This document shows positions 42,342 to 51,775 of a stretch of DNA of 64,000 nucleotides, one piece after another (positions within the stretch are counted from its first letter, which is position 1; each line of letters opens with the position of its first letter). This stretch comes from Candidatus Staskawiczbacteria bacterium RIFOXYB1_FULL_38_37 (GTDB taxonomy: Bacteria > Patescibacteriota > Minisyncoccia > Minisyncoccales > Staskawiczbacteraceae): assembly GCA_001822075.1 (NCBI GenBank), contig MHPK01000004.1, positions 7,979 through 71,978 on the forward strand, read 5' to 3'. The notes beneath the pieces are model-generated. The model saw nothing but the letters and a program-made list of their open reading frames with translations. It made no database searches and had not been told where the DNA came from. Both the position numbers and the translations under genes were made by a program.

Positions 42342-44360
42342 TTAAACTAGAAATGGAATAATTAGTAATGCAACTATATTGAGAACTTTAATCATTGGGT
42401 TTATTGCTGGTCCCGCTGTGTCTTTATATGGGTCGCCCACTGTGTCGCCGGTAACGGCTGCTTGATGGGCAAAACTTCCTTTGCCTCCGTAAGCTCCGCC
42501 CTCAATGTATTTTTTGGCATTGTCCCAGGCGGCTCCGCCGGTTGTCATTGAAATTCCAACAAACAATCCTGTAACTATGCTTCCAATTAATAATCCGCCC
42601 AAAGCTTCAACTCCCAAAAATACTCCAACTAAAATTGGCGCTAAAATAGGAATTAAAGCCGGCAACAACATTTCTTTAATGGCTGACTTTGTAACAATAT
42701 CAACGCATTTTCCGTATTCTGGTTTTCCTGTTCCTTCCATTAAGCCCGGAATTTGTTTAAACTGCCTTCTTACTTCTTCTACAACTTTTCCTGCTGTTTT
42801 TCCGACAGCTCCCATTAAAAACGATGCAAACAAATAGGGGAGCAGTCCGCCAATTAAAAGCCCTGCAATAACTTTTGAATTATCTAAAGAAAAACTTACA
42901 GCTCCGTTTATGCTTGCTTCCTGCGAATAAGCTGCAAACAAAACTAAGGCCGCTAGGCCAGCCGAAGCAATTGCATATCCTTTTGTTACAGCTTTTGTTG
43001 TGTTTCCAACTGCGTCCAATGCATCTGTAATTTTTCTTACTTCTTCTGGCATTCCTGACATTTCTGCAATTCCGCCGGCGTTGTCTGTTATGGGCCCGTA
43101 TGCGTCAACTCCCACAACAATTCCAGAAACCGAAAGCATTGCCATTACAGCTAACGCCACTCCGTAAATTCCGGCAAACCAAAAACTTATAATAGTTCCA
43201 AAAGCAATTAATAAAACAGGCATGGCTGTTGACTGCATTCCCAGCCCCAAGCCCCTAATTATATTTGTTGCGTGCCCTGTTTCTGACGCTTTAGCAATTG
43301 ATTTTACCGGGCCGTAACTTTTTGAAGTGTAATATTCTGTGATAACAAACATTCCTCCGGCAATTGCCAAACCAACCAAGCATGCAAAGTACAAATTATT
43401 TGTTGCAATTGCCTGGCCTGCCATTAATTTTAAAATTACAGGATAAAATCCGATTGCTGACAAAATTACAGAAGCCGCAATTCCTTTGTACATAGCCCCC
43501 ATAATTGACTGCGTTTCTTGCCCGCCTAAATTTTTTCTAAAAATTTTGGTGGGTGAACCCAATTTTACAAAATAACTGCCCACAATTGAGGTTAAAATTG
43601 AAACAGCTCCCAAAACTAAAGGAAGTAAAACAAATTGGGGCGAGGCTGGAAATAACAAACCTCCCAAAATCATTGTGGCTACTGTTGTTACGGCGTAAGT
43701 TTCAAAAATGTCAGCTGCCATTCCTGCGCAATCTCCAACGTTGTCGCCAACCTGGTCAGCTATTACAGCCGGGTTTCTTGGGTCGTCTTCGGGAATTCCC
43801 TTTTCAACTTTTCCAACCAAGTCAGCTCCCACGTCAGCTGCTTTTGTGTAAATGCCACCGCCAACTCTTGCAAAAACCGAAATTAACGAAGCCCCAAATC
43901 CCAAAGCCACCAATCCTTCCATTCCGGTTAAAAGGTAATAAACCGAAACAGCCAAAAGCCCCAAGCTCACAACCATTAAGCCTGTAATTAATCCTCCTTT
44001 AAAAGAAATGTCTAAAGCTTTTACCATTCCTTTTTTTGCTGACTCGGCAACTCTTGTGTTTGCCTGTGTTGAAACAATCATTCCAATAAATCCCGAAACT
44101 CCCGACAATACGGCTCCCAATAAAAATCCTATTGCAATTTTCCAGCCCAAAAAGAAAAGTAAAATAAATAAAACAACTCCAACTATGGAAATTGTTTTAT
44201 ACTGCCTTTTCAAATACGACATAGCTCCTTCCTGAACAGCCAAAGTAATTTCAACTGCCTTGCCTCCCGCAACCGGGGCTTTTCTAATTTGCATTACCAA
44301 AAACCAAACATAGGCAATTGCAAACAGCGAAATAATTATCGGATAATATATTAACTGCAT
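42342..44360 (-). CDS. hppA: Membrane-bound ion-translocating pyrophosphatase
   Basis: [54 protein letters not shown]. Confidence 0.95.
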   Translation of the reverse strand: MQLIYYPIIISLFAIAYVWFLVMQIRKAPVAGGKAVEITLAVQEGAMSYLKRQYKTISIVGVVLFILLFFLGWKIAIGFLLGAVLSGVSGFIGMIVSTQANTRVAESAKKGMVKALDISFKGGLITGLMVVSLGLLAVSVYYLLTGMEGLVALGFGASLISVFARVGGGIYTKAADVGADLVGKVEKGIPEDDPRNPAVIADQVGDNVGDCAGMAADIFETYAVTTVATMILGGLLFPASPQFVLLPLVLGAVSILTSIVGSYFVKLGSPTKIFRKNLGGQETQSIMGAMYKGIAASVILSAIGFYPVILKLMAGQAIATNNLYFACLVGLAIAGGMFVITEYYTSKSYGPVKSIAKASETGHATNIIRGLGLGMQSTAMPVLLIAFGTIISFWFAGIYGVALAVMAMLSVSGIVVGVDAYGPITDNAGGIAEMSGMPEEVRKITDALDAVGNTTKAVTKGYAIASAGLAALVLFAAYSQEASINGAVSFSLDNSKVIAGLLIGGLLPYLFASFLMGAVGKTAGKVVEEVRRQFKQIPGLMEGTGKPEYGKCVDIVTKSAIKEMLLPALIPILAPILVGVFLGVEALGGLLIGSIVTGLFVGISMTTGGAAWDNAKKYIEGGAYGGKGSFAHQAAVTGDTVGDPYKDTAGPAINPMIKVLNIVALLIIPFLV

Positions 44361-44382
44361 AATTTTTCTTTTTAATTATTTT

Positions 44383-45675
44383 TTATTCTTTTTCAGATTT
44401 TTCTTCGGCAGGGGATTCTTCTGTTTTTTCTTCTGATTCTTCAGAAGCTTCTTTTTTAGATTTTTTTGTTTTTTTGGCTTTCTTCGGTTTTTTCCCTAGG
44501 TCGCCTTCGGCGTCGGCGGGTTCTGCTGGAGTTTCACTTGTTTTAATGTCTATTTTCCAGCCGGTTAAATTGGCTGCGAGGCGGACATTTCTGCCGTCTT
44601 TGCCAATGGCTAAACTCAACTGGTCTTCTGGCACAAAAACAACAGCTGTATTTTTCTCTCCAACTTTTACTTCAACAATTTTAGCCGGAGCCAGAGCATT
44701 TGCAATAAATTTTTCCGGCTTTTCCTGCCATTGTATCACATCAATCTTTTCTCCGCCAAGCTCATTAATTACTGCCATAATTCTTGTGCCTCTTTGCCCA
44801 ACGCAAGCGCCAATGGGGTCAACTCCTTCTTCTTCTGAAACAACTGCAATTTTTGTGCGAAAACCGGGCTCTCTGGCAATTGATTTTATGACAACTGTGC
44901 CAGAAGCAATTTCAGGCACTTCAAGCTCAAATAATTTTGAAATTAGTTTTGGATAAGCTCTTGAAAGCATAACAACAGAGCCTTTTGGGGTGTCTTCAAC
45001 TTTTAAGATATAAAGTTTTAATCTTTGGCTGGGCCTATAAAATTCCCCTGGAATTTGCTCTTCTCTGCTTAAAATTCCCAAAGTTTTTCCAATATCAATA
45101 AAAACCGTGTGGCCCTCAACTCTCTGCACAATGCCCGAAATTATTTCGCCCTCTCTTGAGCGGTATTCTATGGAAATTGTTTCTTTTTCTGCCTCTCTGA
45201 TTTTCTGTAAAATAACCTGCTTTGCTGTTTGGGCGGCAATTCTGCCATAATCCTGTTTTGACACCAAAGGAATTTCTATTTCTTCTCCAATTTTAATTTT
45301 AGGATAATCTTTTTTGGCGTCTTCTGCCATTATGTGTTTTTCTCCGTTAAAAACAAACTTTTTAGGCGCTTCGCCCTCGCGGACTTCTTCTGCATCTTTT
45401 CCCGCCGCAGCGGGATCCCGCCCATGGCGGGACATCTCTTCAATTTCTTCTTCTGTATAAAGCATTGATTTATCTACAACCAGCTTTACCTGCCAAAACT
45501 TGCAGTCTCCTGAGACCGGGTTAAATTTTGCCTTAATTTTCTGGCCTTTTTTGCCATAATCTTTTTTGTAGGCCGTAGCAATGGCAGCCTCAATTGTTTC
45601 TATAATTTTTTCAGGCGAAATTCCTCTTTGCTCGGCAATCTGCCCCAAAGCGCCTTTAAATGATTTTATATCCAT
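44383..45675 (-). CDS. nusA: Transcription termination/antitermination factor NusA with acidic C-terminal tail
   Basis: S1 and KH domains (GACVGQRGTRI, AIGKDGRNVRLA). The ATG at 45675 is preferred over the TTG at 45690, which lies in the repeat. Confidence 0.9.
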   Translation of the reverse strand: MDIKSFKGALGQIAEQRGISPEKIIETIEAAIATAYKKDYGKKGQKIKAKFNPVSGDCKFWQVKLVVDKSMLYTEEEIEEMSRHGRDPAAAGKDAEEVREGEAPKKFVFNGEKHIMAEDAKKDYPKIKIGEEIEIPLVSKQDYGRIAAQTAKQVILQKIREAEKETISIEYRSREGEIISGIVQRVEGHTVFIDIGKTLGILSREEQIPGEFYRPSQRLKLYILKVEDTPKGSVVMLSRAYPKLISKLFELEVPEIASGTVVIKSIAREPGFRTKIAVVSEEEGVDPIGACVGQRGTRIMAVINELGGEKIDVIQWQEKPEKFIANALAPAKIVEVKVGEKNTAVVFVPEDQLSLAIGKDGRNVRLAANLTGWKIDIKTSETPAEPADAEGDLGKKPKKAKKTKKSKKEASEESEEKTEESPAEEKSEKE

Positions 45676-45690
45676 AAAAATTAATTTCAA

Positions 45691-45791
45691 TTTTAAATTT
45701 TCAATTTTAAATGAATGCTTAAATTTTTAAATGTTTTAAACATTTTGGCATTTGAATTTGATTTAAAATTTAAAATTTGTTATTTAAAATT
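45691..45791 (+). repeat. AT-rich intergenic repeat, long copy
   Basis: Shares attttcaattttaaat, ttaaatgttttaaa, tttgaatt and the terminal 27-mer with 8938..9047. Confidence 0.7.
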
Positions 45792-45889
45792 TTCAAAAAA
45801 ATATGCCCGCGGTCAGACGGACATTGCTTTCTATCGTTTAATTATTATATTAGTTTACCAAAACAAAAACCCCTTGTCAACCTCACACC

Positions 45890-46270
45890 TTAAGCTGAAA
45901 TAATGTTTTCGTGGTGGGTAAGCCTGGAGACTGTGTGGTTTGGGTTTAAAACAATGCAAATAGCATCAATTCTTGCAGGACCCTGCCAATTTTTAAAAGC
46001 TGAATATGATTTAGCATTTTGCAAAACTTTCCAGAGTTTTTGCTTGTTAAGGGTGTCTTCAGGGCTGCCAAAACTTTCGCCCACCTTTGTCCTAACTTCC
46101 ACAAACACCAGCTTTTTTTTAGAAAACAAACCGTCAGATTTTTCTGCCACCAAATCAATTTCAGCATATTTTGTCCTGTAATTTTGCTCTAAAATTTTAT
46201 AACCTTGGTTTTTCAAATACTCTCTTGCCAAATCTTCCCCGATTTTTCCTACAAAATTATGTTGTGCCAT
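45890..46270 (-). CDS. YraN-family (UPF0102) endonuclease
   Basis: GEDLAREYLKNQGYKILEQNYRTKYAEIDLVAEK...LVFVEVRTK. Confidence 0.75.
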   Translation of the reverse strand: MAQHNFVGKIGEDLAREYLKNQGYKILEQNYRTKYAEIDLVAEKSDGLFSKKKLVFVEVRTKVGESFGSPEDTLNKQKLWKVLQNAKSYSAFKNWQGPARIDAICIVLNPNHTVSRLTHHENIISA

Positions 46271-46721
46271 AGTTTATTAATTCTATTTCTCTTTTATTTT
46301 CGTCAATAAATTTAAAATTTATCAAGATTGCGTTTTTAGGCAAAATACCTTTAATGCGCTCGGGCCATTCTACAGCTACAATGTTTTTTGGATTTAAAAT
46401 TATTTTCTTAAAGCCTAATTCTAAAATATCTTTCTCATTTTTGAGCCTATAACAATCAATATGATAAAAATTTTCAAACTTGGAATTTGCTGGAATTTTA
46501 AATCTTTTCATTATCACAAAAGTCGGGCTTAAAATTTTTTCTTTAATTTTTAATCCTTTTGCAAACCCCTGCGCAAAGCTGGTTTTTCCAGAGCCAAGCT
46601 CTCCCTGCAAACCCAAAACCACAGCTGCGCTAACTGGCGGCATGCTTAAAATCTTTTTAGCCAATTCCTTGCCTAATTTTTGAGTTTCTTTAAAATTTTT
46701 CGTTGTATATTTATTCTCCAC
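46257..46721 (-). CDS. tsaE: tRNA threonylcarbamoyladenosine biosynthesis ATPase TsaE
   Basis: LQGELGSGKTSFAQGFAKGL, SPTF. GTG at 46721 was chosen because the longer track ORF (to 46841) would overlap the divergent gene. Confidence 0.75.
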   Translation of the reverse strand: MENKYTTKNFKETQKLGKELAKKILSMPPVSAAVVLGLQGELGSGKTSFAQGFAKGLKIKEKILSPTFVIMKRFKIPANSKFENFYHIDCYRLKNEKDILELGFKKIILNPKNIVAVEWPERIKGILPKNAILINFKFIDENKREIELINYGTT

Positions 46722-46788
46722 AGGGCAAAGGGTTGATTTATTTTTTAAAATCGAATAGGGTATAGTAAGTATTTTATGACTAAAAGCT

Positions 46789-47517
46789 ATGACAGACAAC
46801 TTGCAAGAAGCTAAAAACCTGATAAGCAATTCAAAAAACATTTACATTGTCTCGCAGGAAGAGCCAGAGGCTTTTGCCTGTTCTTTGGCTCTTTTTTATA
46901 CTTTAAAAGAATTAAGCAAAAATGTAAACTTAATTATAGGCGAACTGCCTGAAAACCTCAAATTTTTAGCCCCGTCTTTAGACTTTGTTTCTTACCCTAA
47001 AAATTTTGTAATTTCAATACCAAACAGAATTGCAGACATTTCCCAAATTTATTACGAAAAGAATGATAACGATTTAAAAATACATCTGACTTTAGACAAG
47101 GGAATAATAAAAAAAGACGATGCATCTTTTTATTTTTCAGAGCCAAAACCGGATTTAATTATAACCTTGGGCGTAAAAGACTACAAAACTCAGCTGAAAG
47201 ACAAAATGGATTCTTTTGGGTTTTTGCTCGATTCTCCTATACTAAACATTGACAGCGGCGAGACAGATAATAAAAATTTTGGTAAAATTAACTTATTAAG
47301 CAGCCAGCCTATTGCAAAAACAACAACAGACCTCATTAAAAGCATTTCTGACAATCCTATAAAAAAGGAGGCTGTTGAATGCCTTTTAACAGGGCTTGTA
47401 ATTTGCACTGAAAATTTTAAAAACTCCAAAGTGACTGCAGATATTTTTGAACTGGCCGGCAGCTTGATGAAGCAAGGGGCCTCTTTTAAAAAAATCATAG
47501 AAAATATTTACAAATAA
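46789..47517 (+). CDS. NrnA/DHH-like fold protein, catalytic motifs not evident
   Basis: The layout resembles the DHH N-domain (IYIVSQEEPEAFACSLALFYTL), but the DHH residues are not seen. Confidence 0.35.
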   Translation: MTDNLQEAKNLISNSKNIYIVSQEEPEAFACSLALFYTLKELSKNVNLIIGELPENLKFLAPSLDFVSYPKNFVISIPNRIADISQIYYEKNDNDLKIHLTLDKGIIKKDDASFYFSEPKPDLIITLGVKDYKTQLKDKMDSFGFLLDSPILNIDSGETDNKNFGKINLLSSQPIAKTTTDLIKSISDNPIKKEAVECLLTGLVICTENFKNSKVTADIFELAGSLMKQGASFKKIIENIYK

Positions 47518-47616
47518 ATGCGATGCCAATATGCAAATGCATACTAATTATGCAAATAAATAAAATTAGTATCATTAGAATGAATTAGCATATTAGTATC
47601 GCACTTAGCGAAGCGC

Positions 47617-48966
47617 ATGCCTGAAATAAAAAAAATATTAGGGTCCGTAGCAATTTCAAAAAAAATAATTGATGAACTGAACTTAGAGGCAAAAAACATA
47701 GCAGGCTATAAAAAGAAGATTGACGAATACATGGGCCAGGATGTTACTTCATTTTTAGAAGTTATTTTGTTTGGCGCAATACTTCTGGATGCTTCTGACA
47801 TCCATATAGAGCCGCAGGAACAAAACGCAAGGCTGAGAATAAGATTAGACGGCATCTTACAGGATGTTGTTTTTTTTGACCATCAAACCCGCCATCATTT
47901 GCTTTCGCGTTTAAAGCTTTTGTCAAAATTAAAGTTAAATATCACAGACAAGCCCCAAGACGGCAGATTTTCAATAGAAAGCGGAGGCCAGCTGATAGAA
48001 ATAAGAACTTCCTCTTTGCCGGCAGAATACGGAGAATCAATTGTAATGAGAGTTTTAAACCCAAAAAATTTAATTGCTTTAGACGACCTAGGTTTGAGAA
48101 AAGACCTTTTAAAAACTTTTGAAAAAGAAATTAAAAAGCCAAATGGAATGATAATTGTAACAGGCCCCACGGGCTCTGGAAAAACAACCACTCTTTACGC
48201 ATTTTTAAAAAAAATACAAAACCCAGAAATTAAAATTATAACAATTGAAGACCCTATTGAATACCATTTAAAAGGGGTTTCCCAAACCCAAGTTTCTCCT
48301 GAAAAAGGATATACATTTGCTGAAGGATTAAAATCAATTGTAAGGCAGGACCCTGATGTGATACTGGTTGGCGAAATAAGAGACCTTGAGACAGCTAAAA
48401 TTGCCCTACAAGCAGCTTTAACGGGCCATCTAGTGCTTTCCACCTTGCACACAAATGATGCAGCAGGAACAATACCAAGGCTTGTAGATTTAGGAGCTAA
48501 TGCTTCTTCTGTGGCGCCCGCCTTGAAAATGGCAGTTGCCCAAAGGCTTGTAAGAAAAGTGTGTAAAAAATGCTCAACATTATCAAAGCCAACAGAAAAG
48601 GAATTGTCAGAAATTAAAAAAGGATTAAAAAGCCTGCCATCTGCAATAAAAATTCCCGATTTAGATAAAGCGCAAATTGCAAGAGTCAAAGAAGGAGGTT
48701 GCGAGGCCTGCAATTTTACAGGCTATAAGGGCAGGCAAGGGCTGTTTGAAGCATTTTTGGTAAACTCTAAAATGGAAAAATTTATTTTAACCAACCCGCC
48801 TGTTTCTTCTGTAAGAGAGCTTGCTGTAAAAAGCGGCATGGCAACAATGTACCAGTCAGGGTTAATAGATGTTGTAAACGGAATCACAACTTTAGATGAA
48901 GTTTTAAGAGTCGTCGAAGAAGACGAAGAACAGGCAAGCCCCGTCATTGCGAGCGAGTCAAAGTAA
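47617..48966 (+). CDS. GspE/PilB-family secretion/pilus ATPase
   Basis: Walker A GPTGSGKTTT, IITIEDPIEY, ILVGEIRD, C-terminal CxxC...CxxC cluster. Confidence 0.85.
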   Translation: MPEIKKILGSVAISKKIIDELNLEAKNIAGYKKKIDEYMGQDVTSFLEVILFGAILLDASDIHIEPQEQNARLRIRLDGILQDVVFFDHQTRHHLLSRLKLLSKLKLNITDKPQDGRFSIESGGQLIEIRTSSLPAEYGESIVMRVLNPKNLIALDDLGLRKDLLKTFEKEIKKPNGMIIVTGPTGSGKTTTLYAFLKKIQNPEIKIITIEDPIEYHLKGVSQTQVSPEKGYTFAEGLKSIVRQDPDVILVGEIRDLETAKIALQAALTGHLVLSTLHTNDAAGTIPRLVDLGANASSVAPALKMAVAQRLVRKVCKKCSTLSKPTEKELSEIKKGLKSLPSAIKIPDLDKAQIARVKEGGCEACNFTGYKGRQGLFEAFLVNSKMEKFILTNPPVSSVRELAVKSGMATMYQSGLIDVVNGITTLDEVLRVVEEDEEQASPVIASESK

Positions 48967-48981
48967 TCTTAATTTTTTGAA

Positions 48982-49509
48982 ATGGAAAAGCCGAAAGTAA
49001 AAATATACATTGACGGAGCAAATATGTTTTACACTCAAAAAAGATTGGGTTGGTTCATTGATTGGAAAAAAGTTAAAAATTATATTGAACAAGAAAAAAA
49101 TGTAATAGAGTGGCGATATTATGTGGGTGTTAAAGATAATGATGAGAAAATGCTAAAGTATTTAAAATATCTAAATTTGGTTGGTTTTAATACAATAACT
49201 AAACCCCTGAAAAAGATTAAAATTGGCGATAGTGAAATTATTCCCCAAAATTCAGAAAGAAGCTTTATTTATAAAGCGAACTTTGATGTAGAAATGACGA
49301 CGGATATTTTATTAGAAAAGTTTAAATTAGACGAAATTATTATATTTAGCGGGGATAGCGATTTTAGATATTTGGTTAAAAAATTAAAAGACGCCGGATT
49401 AAAGGTTGTCGTATTTTCTTCAAGAAAAACAATTTCTTGGGAATTAAAAATTGAGTGCGCAAAAGTTATTTATTTTGAAGGCGCAAAAGATAAAATAATG
49501 AGAGAATAA
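48982..49509 (+). CDS. NYN/LabA-like nuclease (native AT-rich copy)
   Basis: VKIYIDGANMFY and IIIFSGDSDFRYLVKKLKDAGLKVVVF. Confidence 0.75.
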   Translation: MEKPKVKIYIDGANMFYTQKRLGWFIDWKKVKNYIEQEKNVIEWRYYVGVKDNDEKMLKYLKYLNLVGFNTITKPLKKIKIGDSEIIPQNSERSFIYKANFDVEMTTDILLEKFKLDEIIIFSGDSDFRYLVKKLKDAGLKVVVFSSRKTISWELKIECAKVIYFEGAKDKIMRE

Positions 49510-49600
49510 AAAACCCACCCCAGCTTTCGCCGAGGTGGTTCTGTTAAACTAACTTTAGTATAGCAAGTTGAAACCAGATGTCAATAGATCGTAAAAAAAA

Positions 49601-49731
49601 GCGGCTCTAGAGTTGGAGGTAGCTTTATGTCTGGGACATAAACAAAGATTTGTCCGAGGAATATCCGAGCCGGAGCAAGGATACCCGAAGCTGGGACAAA
49701 CCCAAAAATTTACCTCCAACTCTAGAGCCGC
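49601..49731. other. 131-nt element closed by a perfect 21-bp inverted repeat (candidate structured RNA or MITE)
   Basis: gcggctctagagttggaggta (49601..49621) pairs with tacctccaactctagagccgc (49711..49731). Inner helices are tttatgtc/gacataaa, tttgtcc/ggacaaa and tatcc/ggata. An A8 run lies on the left, which is a U8 tail on the minus strand. Confidence 0.6.
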
Positions 49732-49805
49732 TTCGCCTATATTGCTCAATACGTATTTTAGATATATTTCATCAATATTTTTCAGTGTAGCATTTTTTAG
49801 TGTAT

Positions 49806-50813
49806 ATGTCAAGTATCCTAAATAAAAAACCGGAGAGGGAAGATGAGGTTTTAGATTCCGCTTTAAGGCCAAAAAAATGGTCAGATTATGTTGGGCAAGA
49901 CAAAATTAAAGAAAATATAAGAATTATTATAACAGCCGCAAAGCAAAGAAGCCAGAGCCCAGACCATTTATTATTTTATGGCAATTCTGGGTTAGGAAAA
50001 ACCACTTTAGCCTATCTCGTGGCCCAAGAAATGGGAAAAGAAATAAGAATCACGGCTGGCCCTGCAATTGAAAGGGCCGGAGATTTAGCGGCAATTTTAA
50101 CAAATTTGTCAGAGGGCGATGTCTTGTTTTTAGATGAAATACATAGAGTGGGCGCAACGGTTGAAGAATATCTTTATCCTGCAATGGAAGACTATAAACT
50201 GAATTTAATTTTGGGCAAAGGGCCTATGGCCCGCACAATGGAATTAAAACTTCCTAAATTTACCTTAATAGGAGCCACCACAAGGCCTGCTTTGCTGTCT
50301 TCTCCTTTGAGAAACCGCTTTGGCGCAATTTTCCAGCTCAATTTTTATACACCAGAGGATATGGAAAAAATAATTAAAAGGTCCTCGGACCTTTTGAAAA
50401 TAAAAATTGAGCCAGAAGCTTTAAAAATAATTTCAAACCGCTCTCGCTTCACCCCAAGAGTTGCCAACAGACTTTTAAAAAGAGTAAGAGATTTTGCCCA
50501 AGTGCAAGGCAACGGCCTTGTCACAAAAGAAATTGCAGAGCATGCATTAAATTTTTTGGAAGTAGACAAAATGGGTTTGGAGTCCGGAGACAGAAAAATT
50601 TTGCTTGCTTTAATTGAAAAATTCAATGGCGGGCCTGTGGGCCTGCAATCGCTGGCTGCAGCTTCCATGGAAGAAGAGGGCACTATTTTAGATATTTACG
50701 AGCCCTATTTAATGCAATGCGGGTTTATAGAGCGCACCCCCAAAGGCCGCATCGCCTCTCGCTTAGCCTACGAACACTTAGGTTTATTGCATATGCGAAA
50801 ACAACTGATATAA
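49806..50813 (+). CDS. ruvB: Holliday junction branch migration helicase RuvB
   Basis: LRPKKWSDYVGQDKIKENI, GNSGLGKTTLA, LFLDEIHR. Confidence 0.95.
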   Translation: MSSILNKKPEREDEVLDSALRPKKWSDYVGQDKIKENIRIIITAAKQRSQSPDHLLFYGNSGLGKTTLAYLVAQEMGKEIRITAGPAIERAGDLAAILTNLSEGDVLFLDEIHRVGATVEEYLYPAMEDYKLNLILGKGPMARTMELKLPKFTLIGATTRPALLSSPLRNRFGAIFQLNFYTPEDMEKIIKRSSDLLKIKIEPEALKIISNRSRFTPRVANRLLKRVRDFAQVQGNGLVTKEIAEHALNFLEVDKMGLESGDRKILLALIEKFNGGPVGLQSLAAASMEEEGTILDIYEPYLMQCGFIERTPKGRIASRLAYEHLGLLHMRKQLI

Positions 50814-51775
50814 TGAAAAAATATTTTATATTTTTATTTTGGCTTGCCTTTTTTCCAGCCCTTGCCTTTGCATCAGAAAAAGTAGACATTAACACGGCTT
50901 TGTTAGAGCAATTAGACCAGATAACAAACGTGGGGCCGATAACTGCGCAAAAAATAATTAATGCAAGGCCTTATTCTTCGCTTGATGACTTGCTAAAGGT
51001 TAATGGGATAGGACAAAAAACTTTAGACAAAATAAAAGAGCAAGGCATAGCTTGCGTTAATTGCGGAGCAAGCAACGAGGAGGCCCGACCTCCTGAGCCC
51101 GCCGCAGCAGCGGCGGGCGAAACTGCAGTTTCAAGTTCTGGGGAGGTCGGGCCTCCAATTAGCTATCCTGCGGGAGTTTTTATTAACGAGGTTTTGGCGA
51201 ATGCCGAAGGCCCGGACGAAGAAAACGAATTTATTGAGCTTTATAATTCAAATAATTTTGAAATTGATTTGTCTGGCTGGAAAATATCAGATTCTGCTGG
51301 CAGTATAACAAATTATATTTTTCCAAATGATAAAAAAATGGGGCCTTTTGGATTTTTGGCGCTTAAAAGGCCTGAAACAAAAATAACTTTAAATAATGAC
51401 CAAGACCAGTTAACTCTTTATTCTCCAGATAAAGCTGTAAAAGATACTATGTCTTACAATTCAGCTCCCAACGGCCAGTCTTATAATAAAACCGCCCCTG
51501 GTTGGCAATGGAGCTTAAACTTAACTCCAGGATCTGCCAATTCAATAGCCCGCCAGGCCCTGAGCGAAAGCGAAGGGTTGCTAAAAGACAAAAAAAATGA
51601 TAATAATATCATAGAAGACAGCTTAGCAGGCTTAGGCTATCCTTTAAACCAAGAAGGCATAAAAACGCAAAATCCTTGGTTTTTATTTTTTATGGCTTTA
51701 GCTATAACAATATTCTCTGCGGTTGTCGTATTATTTATTAAACTAAAATTTAAAAAGAACCATGTCAGGACATAG
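50813..51775 (+). CDS. Secreted ComEA-like HhH DNA-binding protein fused to a lamin-tail domain, C-terminal TM
   Basis: Signal peptide MKKYFIFLFWLAFFPALAFA. HhH VDINTA...LDQITNVGPITAQKII...VNGIGQKTLDKI. LTD VFINEVLANAEGPDEENEFIELYN. Start set at the ATG overlapping the ruvB stop (TAATG). Confidence 0.7.
   Translation: MKKYFIFLFWLAFFPALAFASEKVDINTALLEQLDQITNVGPITAQKIINARPYSSLDDLLKVNGIGQKTLDKIKEQGIACVNCGASNEEARPPEPAAAAAGETAVSSSGEVGPPISYPAGVFINEVLANAEGPDEENEFIELYNSNNFEIDLSGWKISDSAGSITNYIFPNDKKMGPFGFLALKRPETKITLNNDQDQLTLYSPDKAVKDTMSYNSAPNGQSYNKTAPGWQWSLNLTPGSANSIARQALSESEGLLKDKKNDNNIIEDSLAGLGYPLNQEGIKTQNPWFLFFMALAITIFSAVVVLFIKLKFKKNHVRT
51079..51156 (+). repeat. 78-nt nested GC-rich palindrome inside the ComEA-like gene
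   Basis: ggaggcccgacctcc...ggaggtcgggcctcc outer arms (15 nt), inner gcccgccgc-agca-gcggcgggc, then gaaactgcagtttc. Confidence 0.8.

Noticed and set aside
47518-47616. Clustered tatgcaaat and attagtat/atactaat repeats upstream of the PilB-like gene
   Set aside because: The arrangement looks operator-like, but I could not define a consistent dyad or spacing. It may simply be an AT-rich promoter region.
49601-49731. SRP RNA, 6S RNA or retron msr/msd identity for the 21-bp-IR element
   Set aside because: There is no GGAA tetraloop or AGCA domain-IV motif, the element is too short and lacks the central bubble layout of 6S, and no reverse transcriptase is nearby.
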